Assembly (NCBI GenBank): GCA_947478395.1
Contig: CANJVR010000002.1
Span: 256,001-320,000 of the forward strand
Source of the DNA: Opitutia bacterium
GTDB taxonomy: Bacteria > Verrucomicrobiota > Verrucomicrobiia > Opitutales > Opitutaceae
DNA: 64,000 bases
Direction: 5' to 3'
Shown: positions 1 through 9,899 of the stretch, one piece after another
Layout of the letters: every line of letters begins with the position of its first letter
How positions within the stretch are numbered: the first letter of the stretch is position 1
Translations under genes and position numbers: made by a program
Notes under the pieces: model-generated
Databases searched by the model: none
What the model was told of the DNA's origin: nothing
The model's input: the letters and a program-made list of their open reading frames with translations, nothing else

Positions 1-771
1 GATGGCGAGCTCGCGGCGGAGGTTACGCGTCGCGGTCGGGAGTTGCTGCAGGCCCTGATCGACGAGTTTGCGCAGCGCGGCTGCACGATTCTGGAGGCCG
101 ACACCGACGGTATTTATTTGTCGTCGGAAACCTATTTCGAAGATCCCGACGCGTTACTGGCGTTAGTGGCGCCAAGTCTGCCCGCGGGCATCGAACTTGA
201 GCACGACGGACGCTACACCGCTATGTTTTGCTACAAGGCCAAGAACTATGCGCTGTATGACGGCAAGAAACTCACGCTGCGTGGGAGCGCGCTGCGTTCG
301 CGCGGGACTGAACCGTATCTCCGGAAGCTCTCGCGACAGCTGTTTCATTTTTTAGTCGGAGCGACATCTGATTCTCCTCTGACGATGCTGGAGGATTATC
401 GGACCCGCTTCGCTACGCGCGCGATGCCGGTGGGCGAACTCGCGAAGAGCGAGACACTCAGCATGAATCCCGATGCCTATGAGCGGTTCATCGCTGAAGG
501 CGGAAAACCGCGGCGAGCTTCGGCTGAAGCGGCGTTGCTCTTGGTCCCGCGTCCACGCATGGGCGACCGGGTGACCTACTACGTGACTCCAAAGCAAAAA
601 GGAAAGACGAGCGACTGGCAGCGGGCGCGGCCAGTGGAGTTATACGATGCGTCCGCTGCGCCCTACGATCCGAGTTACTATCTGGAAAAATTGGACGACT
701 GGATCGAGCGCTACGGAAAATTTATCGGCGCGAAACCACCACCGCCGGCGCAGGGCGAGTTGTTTGGGTAA
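1..771 (+). CDS. Family B DNA polymerase (Pol II-like), C-terminal part; 5' end lies outside the window
   Basis: Frame is open from base 1. It has the catalytic DTDG motif (EADTDGIY), KAKNYAL, the C-terminal YDPSYYL and a clamp-binding-like tail QGELF. Confidence 0.85.
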   Translation, partial: DGELAAEVTRRGRELLQALIDEFAQRGCTILEADTDGIYLSSETYFEDPDALLALVAPSLPAGIELEHDGRYTAMFCYKAKNYALYDGKKLTLRGSALRSRGTEPYLRKLSRQLFHFLVGATSDSPLTMLEDYRTRFATRAMPVGELAKSETLSMNPDAYERFIAEGGKPRRASAEAALLLVPRPRMGDRVTYYVTPKQKGKTSDWQRARPVELYDASAAPYDPSYYLEKLDDWIERYGKFIGAKPPPPAQGELFG

Positions 772-817
772 GCGAATTTGTCCGGACAGCGCGAGTGCGA
801 CGGCCGACTCCGCGCAT

Positions 818-847
818 AAAAAAGGCCCGACCGAAGTCGGGCCTTTG
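818..847. terminator. Probable bidirectional rho-independent terminator
   Basis: Stem AAGGCCCGAC/GTCGGGCCTT with CGAA loop, flanked by A and T runs, between convergent genes. Confidence 0.75.
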
Positions 848-863
848 TGAAAACGTAGACCGT

Positions 864-3095
864 TTAGCTCCAGCGCAGATCGGCGCGCGAGAACGGGAAC
901 TGGCGCACGCGTTTGCCGGTGGCGGCAAAGATCGCGTTGGCCAGTGCCGGTGCGACCGGCGGGATCGGGGGTTCGCCCAAGCCCGTCGGGGGATTATTTG
1001 ATTTGAGGAAGTGCACCTCGATCTTCGTGGGTGCGTCCGGCATGCGGATCATCGGATAGTCGGTGAAGTTGCTCTGGACCATCCGGCCGCGCTCGATGTT
1101 CAGCTCTTGGAACATGGCCACGCCGATACCGTCGCAGATGCAGCCTTCGACTTGGTTTTCAGCGCCGCTGAGGTTTACGATTTGCGAGCCGACGTCGCAC
1201 ACACAGACGAAGCGGTCGACTTTGACCTGGCCTTCCTTCGACACGGTGACTTCGGCGACTTGGGCGATGAAGCCGCTGTGGCTGAAGTGGAATGAAATGC
1301 CTTGGCCCTGGCCCTTCGGGAATTTCTTCGGATTCCAGCCGGCTTTTTCCGCGACGAGTTTGAGCGCGCCCGTCATGCGGGCGGCGTCATAACCACCGCT
1401 GAGTTTTTGCGACAGGAGTTCGAGCCGGACCTCGAGGGGATCGCGACCGGCGGCGTGAGCGAGTTCGTCGATGAAGCTCTGCATGACGAACGAGAAACAG
1501 TTGTTGTTCGGTGCGCGCCACGGCCCCGAGGGGATGTTACACGGCATGACCGTTTGTTCCGCCTGATAGTTCGGGAGAAATTTCGCGGGGAATTGTTCGG
1601 CATCGAGCGGATGGATCGGCCGCAGGGAGAGCGCGGTGTCCGGGCCGCGACCGGCGCTCATCGTGCCGAACGTGACAAACCGGTTTTGCCAACCGACGAT
1701 TTTCCCAGCGGCATTAATGCCACCCTTGAGGAAGTGAAAGCCGCCCGGCCGGAAGTGATCGTGGCGCATGTCGTCTTCGCGGGACCACGTCAGTTTTACC
1801 GGTAAGCCGGGTACTTTGTGGGCGATCGCTGCGGCATCGAGGACGTAATCGGTACTGAGTCTCCGACCGAATCCGCCACCGCTGCGGGTGAGGTGAACCG
1901 TCACCTTTTCTTTGGCGACGCCGAATTGCGTGACGACCGCGGTTTGCGCGGCGCCTGGATTTTGGGAGGGCGCCCAAATTTCGAACGCGCCGTCCTTAAA
2001 CAAAACGGTGCAGTTCTGCGGCTCGATGCTGGCGTGGGAAATGAAGGGATAGCTGTATGCGCCCTCGATGACCTTCGTGGCTCCGGCGAACGCGGCGGTT
2101 ACGTCGCCGTCCTTATGAATGGTGGTTGTCCCGGGCTGCTTGGAGAGCTCAACGGCCTTGTTGCTGAACTCATCCCAGCTGTCGTTGGCAAATTTGCCCT
2201 CATCCCAGACTACCTTGAGCTGCTTGCGGGCGCTGAAAGCGGCCCACGTCGAGTCGGCGACAATGGCGACGCCGGACAGCAACCCCGTGAGGTTTGTGCC
2301 GCCTTCGATGATGAAGGCGTCTTTCACCCCGGGGAGGGACTTGATCGTGTCGAGATTGGCGCTGACGGCCTTGCCTGCGAAAACCGGGCATTTTTCGTAG
2401 GCGGCGTAGAGCATACCCGGCAACTTGACGTCGATCCCGAAGAGCGGCTGGCCAGAGACGATCTTTGGATTGTCGACACCGGAAATACGCGTACCGAGCA
2501 GCTTGAAGTCCTTCGGATCTTTCAACTTCACGGCGGCGGCATCGGGAACGGGCAGCGTGGCAGCCTTGGCGACGAGTTCGCCGAATTTCAGCGAGCGCTT
2601 GCTCGCGGCGTGATGGACGGCGGTGCCGGCGGCCACACATTCGCTGGCGGGCACACCCCAGGTTTGGGCGGCGGCTTCGACGAGCATGGTGCGCGCGGTG
2701 GCGCCCAGTTTGTGAAACTCAGCGTAGTTGGTCGGGGTGGAGCGGCTGCCGCCGGCGCTCTGGCCGCCGTAAGCTGCATCGAGATCGCCTTGGACAATCA
2801 CAACGTCCTTCCAGTTCACCTCGAGTTCTTCGGCGATGATCATCGGGAGCGAGGTTTTCACCCCTTGGCCGATCTCAGGCTGTTTCGAAACGATCGTGAC
2901 GACGCTCTCGGGACTGATCCGGATAAAAGCGTTGGGCTTGAATTCCATGCCCGCCGTTGGTTTCACGACTTCCGCCGCGAACGTGGTACCGGTTGAGCGT
3001 AGGTAATAACCAAGGACTAAGCCGCCGCCGGCAATGCCGGTGAATTTCAGAAAATCGCGACGGGCGACGGGACCGGAAAGGGTAGGAGTGCTCAT
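864..3095 (-). CDS. iorB: Xanthine dehydrogenase family molybdopterin-binding subunit (isoquinoline 1-oxidoreductase beta-like)
   Basis: Twin-arginine-like [23 protein letters not shown] and GLGEPP motifs. The ATG at 3095 overlaps the stop of the upstream 2Fe-2S gene (ATGA). Confidence 0.9.
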   Translation of the reverse strand: MSTPTLSGPVARRDFLKFTGIAGGGLVLGYYLRSTGTTFAAEVVKPTAGMEFKPNAFIRISPESVVTIVSKQPEIGQGVKTSLPMIIAEELEVNWKDVVIVQGDLDAAYGGQSAGGSRSTPTNYAEFHKLGATARTMLVEAAAQTWGVPASECVAAGTAVHHAASKRSLKFGELVAKAATLPVPDAAAVKLKDPKDFKLLGTRISGVDNPKIVSGQPLFGIDVKLPGMLYAAYEKCPVFAGKAVSANLDTIKSLPGVKDAFIIEGGTNLTGLLSGVAIVADSTWAAFSARKQLKVVWDEGKFANDSWDEFSNKAVELSKQPGTTTIHKDGDVTAAFAGATKVIEGAYSYPFISHASIEPQNCTVLFKDGAFEIWAPSQNPGAAQTAVVTQFGVAKEKVTVHLTRSGGGFGRRLSTDYVLDAAAIAHKVPGLPVKLTWSREDDMRHDHFRPGGFHFLKGGINAAGKIVGWQNRFVTFGTMSAGRGPDTALSLRPIHPLDAEQFPAKFLPNYQAEQTVMPCNIPSGPWRAPNNNCFSFVMQSFIDELAHAAGRDPLEVRLELLSQKLSGGYDAARMTGALKLVAEKAGWNPKKFPKGQGQGISFHFSHSGFIAQVAEVTVSKEGQVKVDRFVCVCDVGSQIVNLSGAENQVEGCICDGIGVAMFQELNIERGRMVQSNFTDYPMIRMPDAPTKIEVHFLKSNNPPTGLGEPPIPPVAPALANAIFAATGKRVRQFPFSRADLRWS

Positions 3096-3583
3096 TTGGC
3101 GGCCTCCTGCTTGGGAGCTACAGCGGTCCCGATTTGCGCGGCGCGTTTGATGCCAGCGCGGATGCGGAGATAGGTCGCGCAACGGCAGAGATTATTGGCC
3201 ATCGCACCGTCGATATCTTCATCGCTCGGTTGCGGATTGTCCTTGAGGAGCGCCGCGGCGGTCATGATTTGACCGGCCTGGCAGTATCCGCACTGCGGTA
3301 CGTCGAGTTCGCACCATGCCTGTTGGAGCGGGTGGGAGTGCTTGGCATCGAGCCCTTCGATGGTGGTGATTTGTTTGCGGCCGACCGTCGAGACGGCGGT
3401 CATGCATGCGCGCATCGAGACACCATTGATGTGGATGGAACACGCCCCGCATTGACCGACGCCGCAGCCGAACTTGGTCCCGGGAAGATTTAGGTGATCA
3501 CGCAGCACCCACAGCATCGGGGTGTCGGAAGCCACGTCCACAGTGTGGGCCTGGCCATTAATTTGGAGGGTGTACTTGCTCAT
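3092..3583 (-). CDS. iorA: (2Fe-2S)-binding small subunit of a molybdo-oxidoreductase
   Basis: [23 protein letters not shown] and NLCRC motifs. Confidence 0.92.
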   Translation of the reverse strand: MSKYTLQINGQAHTVDVASDTPMLWVLRDHLNLPGTKFGCGVGQCGACSIHINGVSMRACMTAVSTVGRKQITTIEGLDAKHSHPLQQAWCELDVPQCGYCQAGQIMTAAALLKDNPQPSDEDIDGAMANNLCRCATYLRIRAGIKRAAQIGTAVAPKQEAAK

Positions 3584-3682
3584 GGGTAAATAATTCGGGG
3601 CGGGGGTGAACGGTCGGTTGAACGTTGCGGGGAGAGAGAAAACAAAAGCGGGGAGAGAATTGGGGACAAATTGCGGAAACTG

Positions 3683-4216
3683 CTACCTTTTTTTAGCGCT
3701 GCTACGGTTTGTCACCCACTCGATGATTGGCGCCTCGTCTTCGCCGGCCCGCCACACGAGGTTCAGGAATTCGTGGGGCAGAATATCGTGGGCTTTAAAA
3801 AACGCCCGGTCGCCGCCGCAACCGTACATGAGCGAAGCGGGCAGCTCGCCGCGCAGCTTGGCTCGCGCCTTGGGTAGAAGGCGGGGCAGCCATTCGATGC
3901 CGCGGACCGACGCTGACTTCGCGGGCAGCGTGGCGGGATCGAGGACCGTCGTCGATGGACGGGAAAGCTGGGCGTTAATAAAATAGTCGCGCCGGACCAG
4001 TTCGATGCCGAGCGCCTGCTCAAAGTTTGGTTCACCGTGGTTCGCGAAATCTTCGATGTAGTCGAAGAGATGCTGAGCCGTGATGCCGTTGGCGGCGAGA
4101 AACGCGATGTCGGTGGGTGAGCCTAATGTGGCGGCAGTCGCTCCGCCTTGGGCATATCGGGCGGCGGCTCGGTCGTAGACCATGCGAAACGTAGCAGCGA
4201 AGGTGTAGTGTGACAT
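3683..4216 (-). CDS. DUF5069-like protein
   Basis: GIEWLPRLLPKARAKLRGELP..LMYGCGGDRAF resembles the DUF5069 family (recognised from memory). Confidence 0.65.
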   Translation of the reverse strand: MSHYTFAATFRMVYDRAAARYAQGGATAATLGSPTDIAFLAANGITAQHLFDYIEDFANHGEPNFEQALGIELVRRDYFINAQLSRPSTTVLDPATLPAKSASVRGIEWLPRLLPKARAKLRGELPASLMYGCGGDRAFFKAHDILPHEFLNLVWRAGEDEAPIIEWVTNRSSAKKR

Positions 4217-4442
4217 GAGAGACGAGGTAATTGGGGGAAGCTAAAACCCGGATTCAAGGCACTCGGAGATGGCGTCAAGGCAAGCCGCACGGGGAAATTT
4301 TAGCCGCACCGATCTTTCATCGTACCGCAAACGCTCCAGTCCGCCTGCCCACTAGAAAGGCAGGGCGTGCGATCTCCAAAGCGCCGGTTGGGCGTTGCTT
4401 GTTTAGTGAGTTGATTCGCAGCGGGGGATAAACCGCCCGATC

Positions 4443-6185
4443 TCAATTTTTGCGTTTCTTTTGGGATACTGGGGCGGACCGCGCCGTTGGCAGCGAACCA
4501 TCCGTCGCCATCTCTTTCAGTAGGCTCGTGAGATAGGGAATGAGCTGTTTCTTGCGACTCACGATGCCGGGCAGGTCGAAAATTTCGTCCTGCTCCACGT
4601 GTGCGTACGTGATGCGTTCGATGATGCCCGGTTCGCCTTTCACCAGGAGGAGAGAGTTCTGCGTGTTGATGTCAGTGACCAGCAGCGCGGCGAAGGCCAG
4701 CTTCTCGTCGTCGCGCAATTCCCGGAGTGCGGAGGCGATGGGCTTGGCGTGCTGCCAGAAATTGCCGAAGCCGAGTTCCTCAACTTGGGAGACGGCAAAG
4801 CGCAGGCCTTCCTCCTCGTAAATCTTGAAGTCGGAGCGAACGATTTTTTCCGGCGGCTGGGCGAGGATGACAGATCCCGAGTTGAATATCTCGTCCGCCA
4901 GCGTCTTGGAGTTAATGCCTGCGATCTCGGCGAGCCATTCGAGGATGATGGTGTCCTTGCGCGTCGTGGTGGGGCCTTTGAGGTGCAGCGTGTCGGAGAT
5001 AAGCCCGGACATCATGATGCCAGCGATGGAAGGCGATGGCTTTAGGCCCTCGCGACGGAAAAGATCGGCGACAATCGTACAGGTGGAGCCCACCGGCTCG
5101 TTAATAAAGAGGATGGGCTGCGCGGTGTTGAGGGAGCCGAGGCGGTGGTGATCGATGATCTCCGAAATGGTGACTTCCTCGGCCCCGGTGACCGCCTGGG
5201 TCATTTCATTGTGATCGACTAGCACGAGCCGGGTTTGCACGGGCTTGAGGAGGTCGCTTTTTGAAAGCACGCCCACGAGTTTGCCGTCGTCATCGACAAC
5301 CATTGCGGCCGGGGCGGTGAACGATGACATTTTCCGGCGCACCTCGCCGATGCGGGCGTCGGGGTGAAACGATGTGAACTCCTTCTCGATTACCCGACTG
5401 ATGGTCGAGGCCGTGCGCACGCCCCACGCGGTGGTGGCCGAGTCCCAGGGGCTGATGATGAGACTGACCCCGCTCGCCTTGGCTTGAGCGACGATGTCGT
5501 CGTCGACGGGCAGACCGCCCGAGATGATGATCACTCGCACGCCGAGTGCGATGGCGCGTTCCTGAATATCCCGCCGGTCGCCAACGATGATGAGTGACTG
5601 GGCTGGCGGGATGTTTTCGCGTTCGGAAATTTTCCAAAACGTGCGGACGTCCATCGCCCCGAGGCGGACGAAAAGTTCTTCCGTGCGGCTTTCGGCGACG
5701 AGGTGCAGCGCCGTGGCTTTCAACGCGCGTACGATGTGGGCGAGTGACGTGTGCACCTGGCGCATCAAGCGCGGTTCACTGATGCGGGGAATGAAGATCC
5801 CTCCGAGGTGCGGCAGGGAAATCGAGCCGACAACATGACGGCTTTCGTCGGTGACAGGGAGGAGCCGGATATCGTGCCGATCGATCAATTCCAGGGCCTC
5901 AGCGCACGTAGCCTGCGGGGAAACCGAGACGACGTTCGAAATCATGAAATCACGCACCCGGGGCGAGACATCGCTGACGTAAGCTGGAAGCGGCTGTTCG
6001 AAGCGTGAAAGAATCGTATCGATGCGGGCGTTGGAGTTTCCGCAGCGCGCCGCGACGTACCCGGTCTCGCCTTTGGCCGCTTTGAAAGCCGCGTAGGCAA
6101 TCGCCGAGCAGATGGCGTCGGCGTCGGGATTTTTGTGTCCGATGATGTAAGTCGTGTTGGCGGCGGGCTCGTTGACAGGCGGCAT
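4443..6185 (-). CDS. ppaC: Mn-dependent family II inorganic pyrophosphatase with CBS and DRTGG domains
   Basis: GHKNPDAD, LVDHNE, IIDHH, SDTL and VSRKKQ motifs, plus an inserted CBS/DRTGG region (IVGDR). Confidence 0.9.
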   Translation of the reverse strand: MPPVNEPAANTTYIIGHKNPDADAICSAIAYAAFKAAKGETGYVAARCGNSNARIDTILSRFEQPLPAYVSDVSPRVRDFMISNVVSVSPQATCAEALELIDRHDIRLLPVTDESRHVVGSISLPHLGGIFIPRISEPRLMRQVHTSLAHIVRALKATALHLVAESRTEELFVRLGAMDVRTFWKISERENIPPAQSLIIVGDRRDIQERAIALGVRVIIISGGLPVDDDIVAQAKASGVSLIISPWDSATTAWGVRTASTISRVIEKEFTSFHPDARIGEVRRKMSSFTAPAAMVVDDDGKLVGVLSKSDLLKPVQTRLVLVDHNEMTQAVTGAEEVTISEIIDHHRLGSLNTAQPILFINEPVGSTCTIVADLFRREGLKPSPSIAGIMMSGLISDTLHLKGPTTTRKDTIILEWLAEIAGINSKTLADEIFNSGSVILAQPPEKIVRSDFKIYEEEGLRFAVSQVEELGFGNFWQHAKPIASALRELRDDEKLAFAALLVTDINTQNSLLLVKGEPGIIERITYAHVEQDEIFDLPGIVSRKKQLIPYLTSLLKEMATDGSLPTARSAPVSQKKRKN

Positions 6186-6238
6186 GGATCAGGTGTCCGG
6201 AGGTTGTGCGGACGCGGGGGGCGGGGGAAGCGGTAAAT

Positions 6239-6268
6239 AAAAAACCCGGCCGAGGGGCCGGGTTTAAA
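6239..6268 (-). terminator. Rho-independent terminator downstream of the prepilin-like gene
   Basis: AAACCCGGCC/GGCCGGGTTT hairpin with an A run on the + strand side. Confidence 0.65.
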
Positions 6269-6288
6269 ATCAAGACTGATGCTGACGA

Positions 6289-7077
6289 TTACGGCCCGCG
6301 TTGGGCCGCTGCGCCGGCGGCCGTCCCGATCATGCCGGCGGCGCCGGACGTCGGAGGAATCGCATAGATGCGCGCGCTGTTGGCGGCGTTGGTGGCGTTG
6401 AAGGGAATGGCTTGTTGAATGTTGGCTAATTTGTTGCCGCTGGTGCTGGCGGAATTATTCGATACGAACAGTCCTGCGGTGGACGAGTAGAAGGAAACGT
6501 TACCGCCCAGGAAGGCGATATACCCGCCGTTATCTTTGTAGACTCCGCTCGTGGGGCTCCAGGTGCCGGCGGTGGTCAGGCCACGGGTATAAACGACCGG
6601 CGTCGTCGCCGGGTCGCTCATTTTCACGCCGCCCACGAATTCCCAAGCCATCGTGCCGGCGGAGTTGTTAGTGAAAGAAGTGTGCAGCGTATTCCGAGCG
6701 GTACTCGGTTGGATAATGAACGTGGGGTAAGTGCCGGTGAAAGCGGCGTCGTTTTTCGAAAAATAAAATGTAGGGTCGGTAAGAATGTTGTTTTTGGCCA
6801 GAATACCGGGCCAGCGATAGGCGGCAGAGGGCGCGGTCAAAGTAGTCGCGGCGATCCTCTGCGGGTCGGGAAGACTGTCGCTGTTGTCCTGAGCGTAGAT
6901 CGTCGCCGCCTTCAGGATTTCCCGCAGATTATTCGCGTCGACGGCGCGCTGAGCCTTGTCGCGGACGGTGCCGACGGTGGGGATGATGATCGCAGCAAGA
7001 ATGCCGATGATCGCGATGACGGTGAGAAGCTCGATCAGCGTGAAGCCGGCCGGAAACCGACGGATGGTAGTGCGCAT
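6289..7077 (-). CDS. Prepilin-type N-terminal cleavage/methylation domain protein
   Basis: G|FTLIELLTVIAIIGILAAIIIP class III signal. The C-terminal YIAFLGGNV resembles the PVC H-X9-DG-type tail. Confidence 0.85.
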   Translation of the reverse strand: MRTTIRRFPAGFTLIELLTVIAIIGILAAIIIPTVGTVRDKAQRAVDANNLREILKAATIYAQDNSDSLPDPQRIAATTLTAPSAAYRWPGILAKNNILTDPTFYFSKNDAAFTGTYPTFIIQPSTARNTLHTSFTNNSAGTMAWEFVGGVKMSDPATTPVVYTRGLTTAGTWSPTSGVYKDNGGYIAFLGGNVSFYSSTAGLFVSNNSASTSGNKLANIQQAIPFNATNAANSARIYAIPPTSGAAGMIGTAAGAAAQRGP

Positions 7078-7168
7078 GTGCAGTTGGGATGGGTACTGGA
7101 AAGCGGAACAGTACCCGGTAAATTCGGCCGAACCAGAAGGAGCACAAGCAGATTTTGACCGGGTGGAC

Positions 7169-7198
7169 TGGACAAAGCTTTTTCCGCACGCCTAGGCT
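7169..7198 (+). promoter_or_regulatory. Putative leaderless sigma70 promoter of ilvE
   Basis: TGGACA-18 nt-TAGGCT, ending 6 nt before ATG 7205. No Shine-Dalgarno is present. Confidence 0.45.
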
Positions 7199-7204
7199 GC
7201 GCGG

Positions 7205-8071
7205 ATGAAGATCTATCTCGATGGCAAATTCGTCGACTCGGCCGACGCCAAGGTTTCCGTTTTCGATCACGGCCTGCTCTACGGCGATGGCGTATTCGAG
7301 GGCATTCGGCTTTACGGGGGAAACATTTTCCGACTCGAAGAGCATCTCGAGCGGCTGGAATATTCGGCGAAGGCGATCATGCTCGAGCTGCCGCTGACGC
7401 GGAAGGAACTGAGCTGGGCCACTTGCGAGACGTGCCGGCAGAACAATCTCTCCGACGCCTACATCCGGCTAGTGGTCACGCGTGGCGTCGGCGATCTTGG
7501 TTTGTCGCCCTGGCTCTGTCCAAAGCCCACCGTTTTCATTATCGCGAGCAAGATCTCGCTTTATCCGCAGGAGCATTACGACAACGGCCTCGCGATTGTC
7601 ACGGTTCCCACGCGACGCATCGGCCCGGCCGCGTTGCCCGCCACGATCAAGTCGCTCAATTACCTGAACAACATCCTTGGCAAGATCGAGGCGAAGCAGT
7701 TTGGCGCGCTCGAAGCCATCATGTTGAACGATCAGGGCTACGTGGCCGAGTGTACCGCGGATAACGTTTTCATCGTGCACAAGGGCGCGATCATTACGCC
7801 GTCGACCTCGCAGGGCGCGCTGAAAGGCATCACGCGGGACTCCGTGGTCGACATCGCGCGGGAACTGGGCGTTCCGCTGCGCGAGAGCAATATGACCCGC
7901 TACGATATTTGGTGCGCGGACGAATGTTTTCTGACGGGTTCGGGTGCGGAGGTGATCCCGGTGGTGAAGCTCGACGGCCGCGTGATCGGCGCCGGTATTC
8001 CAGGCCCGATCACCCAACGCGTCCTCACCGCGTTTCGTCAGCGCGTCCTCGTCGAAGGCACGCGGATCTGA
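7205..8071 (+). CDS. ilvE: Branched-chain amino acid aminotransferase (class IV)
   Basis: DHGLLYGDGVFEGIR, IKSLNYLNNI and EcTAdNVF motifs. Confidence 0.93.
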   Translation: MKIYLDGKFVDSADAKVSVFDHGLLYGDGVFEGIRLYGGNIFRLEEHLERLEYSAKAIMLELPLTRKELSWATCETCRQNNLSDAYIRLVVTRGVGDLGLSPWLCPKPTVFIIASKISLYPQEHYDNGLAIVTVPTRRIGPAALPATIKSLNYLNNILGKIEAKQFGALEAIMLNDQGYVAECTADNVFIVHKGAIITPSTSQGALKGITRDSVVDIARELGVPLRESNMTRYDIWCADECFLTGSGAEVIPVVKLDGRVIGAGIPGPITQRVLTAFRQRVLVEGTRI

Positions 8072-8272
8072 GCTCAATTTGCGCCGGCCCACGCCTATTT
8101 TAATGCCGCGATCGGCGCATCACGTCCTTCGTTCGCGGGTTCGTCCTGCGCCAATCCAACCCGTCGGGGCGGACCTATCGCGCCATTGTCGCACAGGGCT
8201 CGGGTCGTTGCGCGCGACGCTTGCCAGCGCGCGCGCGTGTGGCATGTTCTGTGCAGATTAATTTTTCGAAAA

Positions 8273-8779
8273 ATGGCCAACCCTCTCAAATGCGACCTGT
8301 GCTCGAAGCCGGCGACCGTCCATCTCACCCAGATTTTGAACAACAAGGTTCACAAGGTCGACATGTGCGAGGCGTGCGCGCAGGCGAAGGGCGTCACCGA
8401 CCCGAGTGGTTTTTCCCTCGCCGACCTTTTGCTGAAAGCATCGCTCAATCCCGAGCTGGCGGAAGGCAAGGCGCATTGCGAGCAGTGCGGCTTCACTCAA
8501 GCAGATTTTAAGAAACAAGGGCGCTTCGGCTGCGCCGCCTGCTACGAAACTTTCAAAGACATGCTCGAGCCTATGCTTGAGGGCATGCACAAGGGCACTT
8601 CGCATTCCGGCAAGGTTCCCCAAACGGCGCTGGCCCGCAAATCCCTGCACGACCGGCTGAGTAAACTCGAACTCGACCTCAGCGCCGCCATCAAAAGCGA
8701 GCGTTACGAAGATGCGGCGCGGGCCCGCGACGAAATGAATCATGCCAAGCAAGCCATCGATCAGAAACCGCAGCGCTAA
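8273..8779 (+). CDS. mcsA: McsA-like activator (CxxC motifs plus UvrB/UvrC domain)
   Basis: Four CxxC motifs, GRFGCAACY, H.GKVP and ERYEDAARARD. Lies directly upstream of the arginine kinase and clpC. Confidence 0.88.
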   Translation: MANPLKCDLCSKPATVHLTQILNNKVHKVDMCEACAQAKGVTDPSGFSLADLLLKASLNPELAEGKAHCEQCGFTQADFKKQGRFGCAACYETFKDMLEPMLEGMHKGTSHSGKVPQTALARKSLHDRLSKLELDLSAAIKSERYEDAARARDEMNHAKQAIDQKPQR

Positions 8780-8786
8780 GCCTGTC

Positions 8787-9878
8787 ATGACGATCGCCTC
8801 GCTCATCGACACCCCTTCCGAGCTGACCGACGCGGCCAGCACCAAAACCGCGGTGGTGCTGATGACTCGGATTCGTCTCGCACGCAATCTTGCCGGCCAG
8901 CCGTTCCCCGGCTGGGCCAAGCCCGCGCAACGCGCCGAGATCAATGCGAAATGCCGCGCGGCCGTTGCCGCCGCTCCCGTGCTCAAACGTAGTTTGAATA
9001 TCGCGGTCGAAGATCTCAACGAACTGGAAAAGCAAATCCTTGTTGAGCGTCACCTGATTAGCCGCGAACTGAGCGGCGCAAAGCCCGGCAGCGGTGTGGT
9101 CATCAGCAAGGACCAGTCCGTCTCTGTCATGATCAACGAGGAGGACCATCTGCGCATTCAAGTTCTGCGCTCAGGGTTTCAGCTCAAGAAGACTTGGAAT
9201 ATCATCAACGAGCTCGATACCGCACTCGAAAGCAGTCTTGATTTCGCGTTTTCGCCTTCACTGGGCTACCTCACCGCCTGCCCCACGAATCTAGGCACCG
9301 GCATGCGCGCCTCGGCGATGATGCATCTTCCGGCCCTCGTAATCGCGAACCAGATGGAGAAGGTCGTTCGCGCCGTTAATCAACTCGGCATGGTCGTCCG
9401 CGGTCTGTTTGGCGAAGGGTCGGATGCCAACGGCAGCATTTTTCAAATTTCCAATCAGACGACCCTCGGCGAATCCGAAGAAGCAATTTTGAAGCGACTT
9501 TCGAGTGTGCTGCAATCGATCATTGAACATGAATTGAACGCGCGGGAAAAACTACTCGAGGCCGACGCGGGGAAATTCTTCGACAAGATCGGCCGGGCTT
9601 TTGGCATTCTGCAAAACAGTCACATGCTGAGTTCGGGCGAAGCGATGAATCTGCTGTCGCTGATTCGCCTTGGCGTCGACCTCGGCGCTTTTCCGGACGC
9701 GAATCGCTCCATGATCGACCGCCTTTTTATCGAGGCCCAGCCCGGGCATCTGCAACACGTACAAAAGGGCGAGTTCGAGCCCGGTCAGCGCGATCTGCTG
9801 CGCGCGGCCCGGCTGCGCACCGAATTTGCAAATTTCGTCCGGCCGGACTTTTCTTTTAATACGAACGGAAAAAACTAA
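8787..9878 (+). CDS. mcsB: Protein-arginine kinase
   Basis: RIRLARN, INEEDHLR and CPTNLGTGMRAS phosphagen kinase motifs. Confidence 0.92.
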   Translation: MTIASLIDTPSELTDAASTKTAVVLMTRIRLARNLAGQPFPGWAKPAQRAEINAKCRAAVAAAPVLKRSLNIAVEDLNELEKQILVERHLISRELSGAKPGSGVVISKDQSVSVMINEEDHLRIQVLRSGFQLKKTWNIINELDTALESSLDFAFSPSLGYLTACPTNLGTGMRASAMMHLPALVIANQMEKVVRAVNQLGMVVRGLFGEGSDANGSIFQISNQTTLGESEEAILKRLSSVLQSIIEHELNAREKLLEADAGKFFDKIGRAFGILQNSHMLSSGEAMNLLSLIRLGVDLGAFPDANRSMIDRLFIEAQPGHLQHVQKGEFEPGQRDLLRAARLRTEFANFVRPDFSFNTNGKN

Positions 9879-9899
9879 ATCGATCCAAGACCCACGCCC

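Noticed and set aside
6289..7077. Prepilin-like gene as the pilin of the island system
   Set aside because: It lies in the host region about 50 kb away with host-like composition, and such genes are numerous in PVC genomes.
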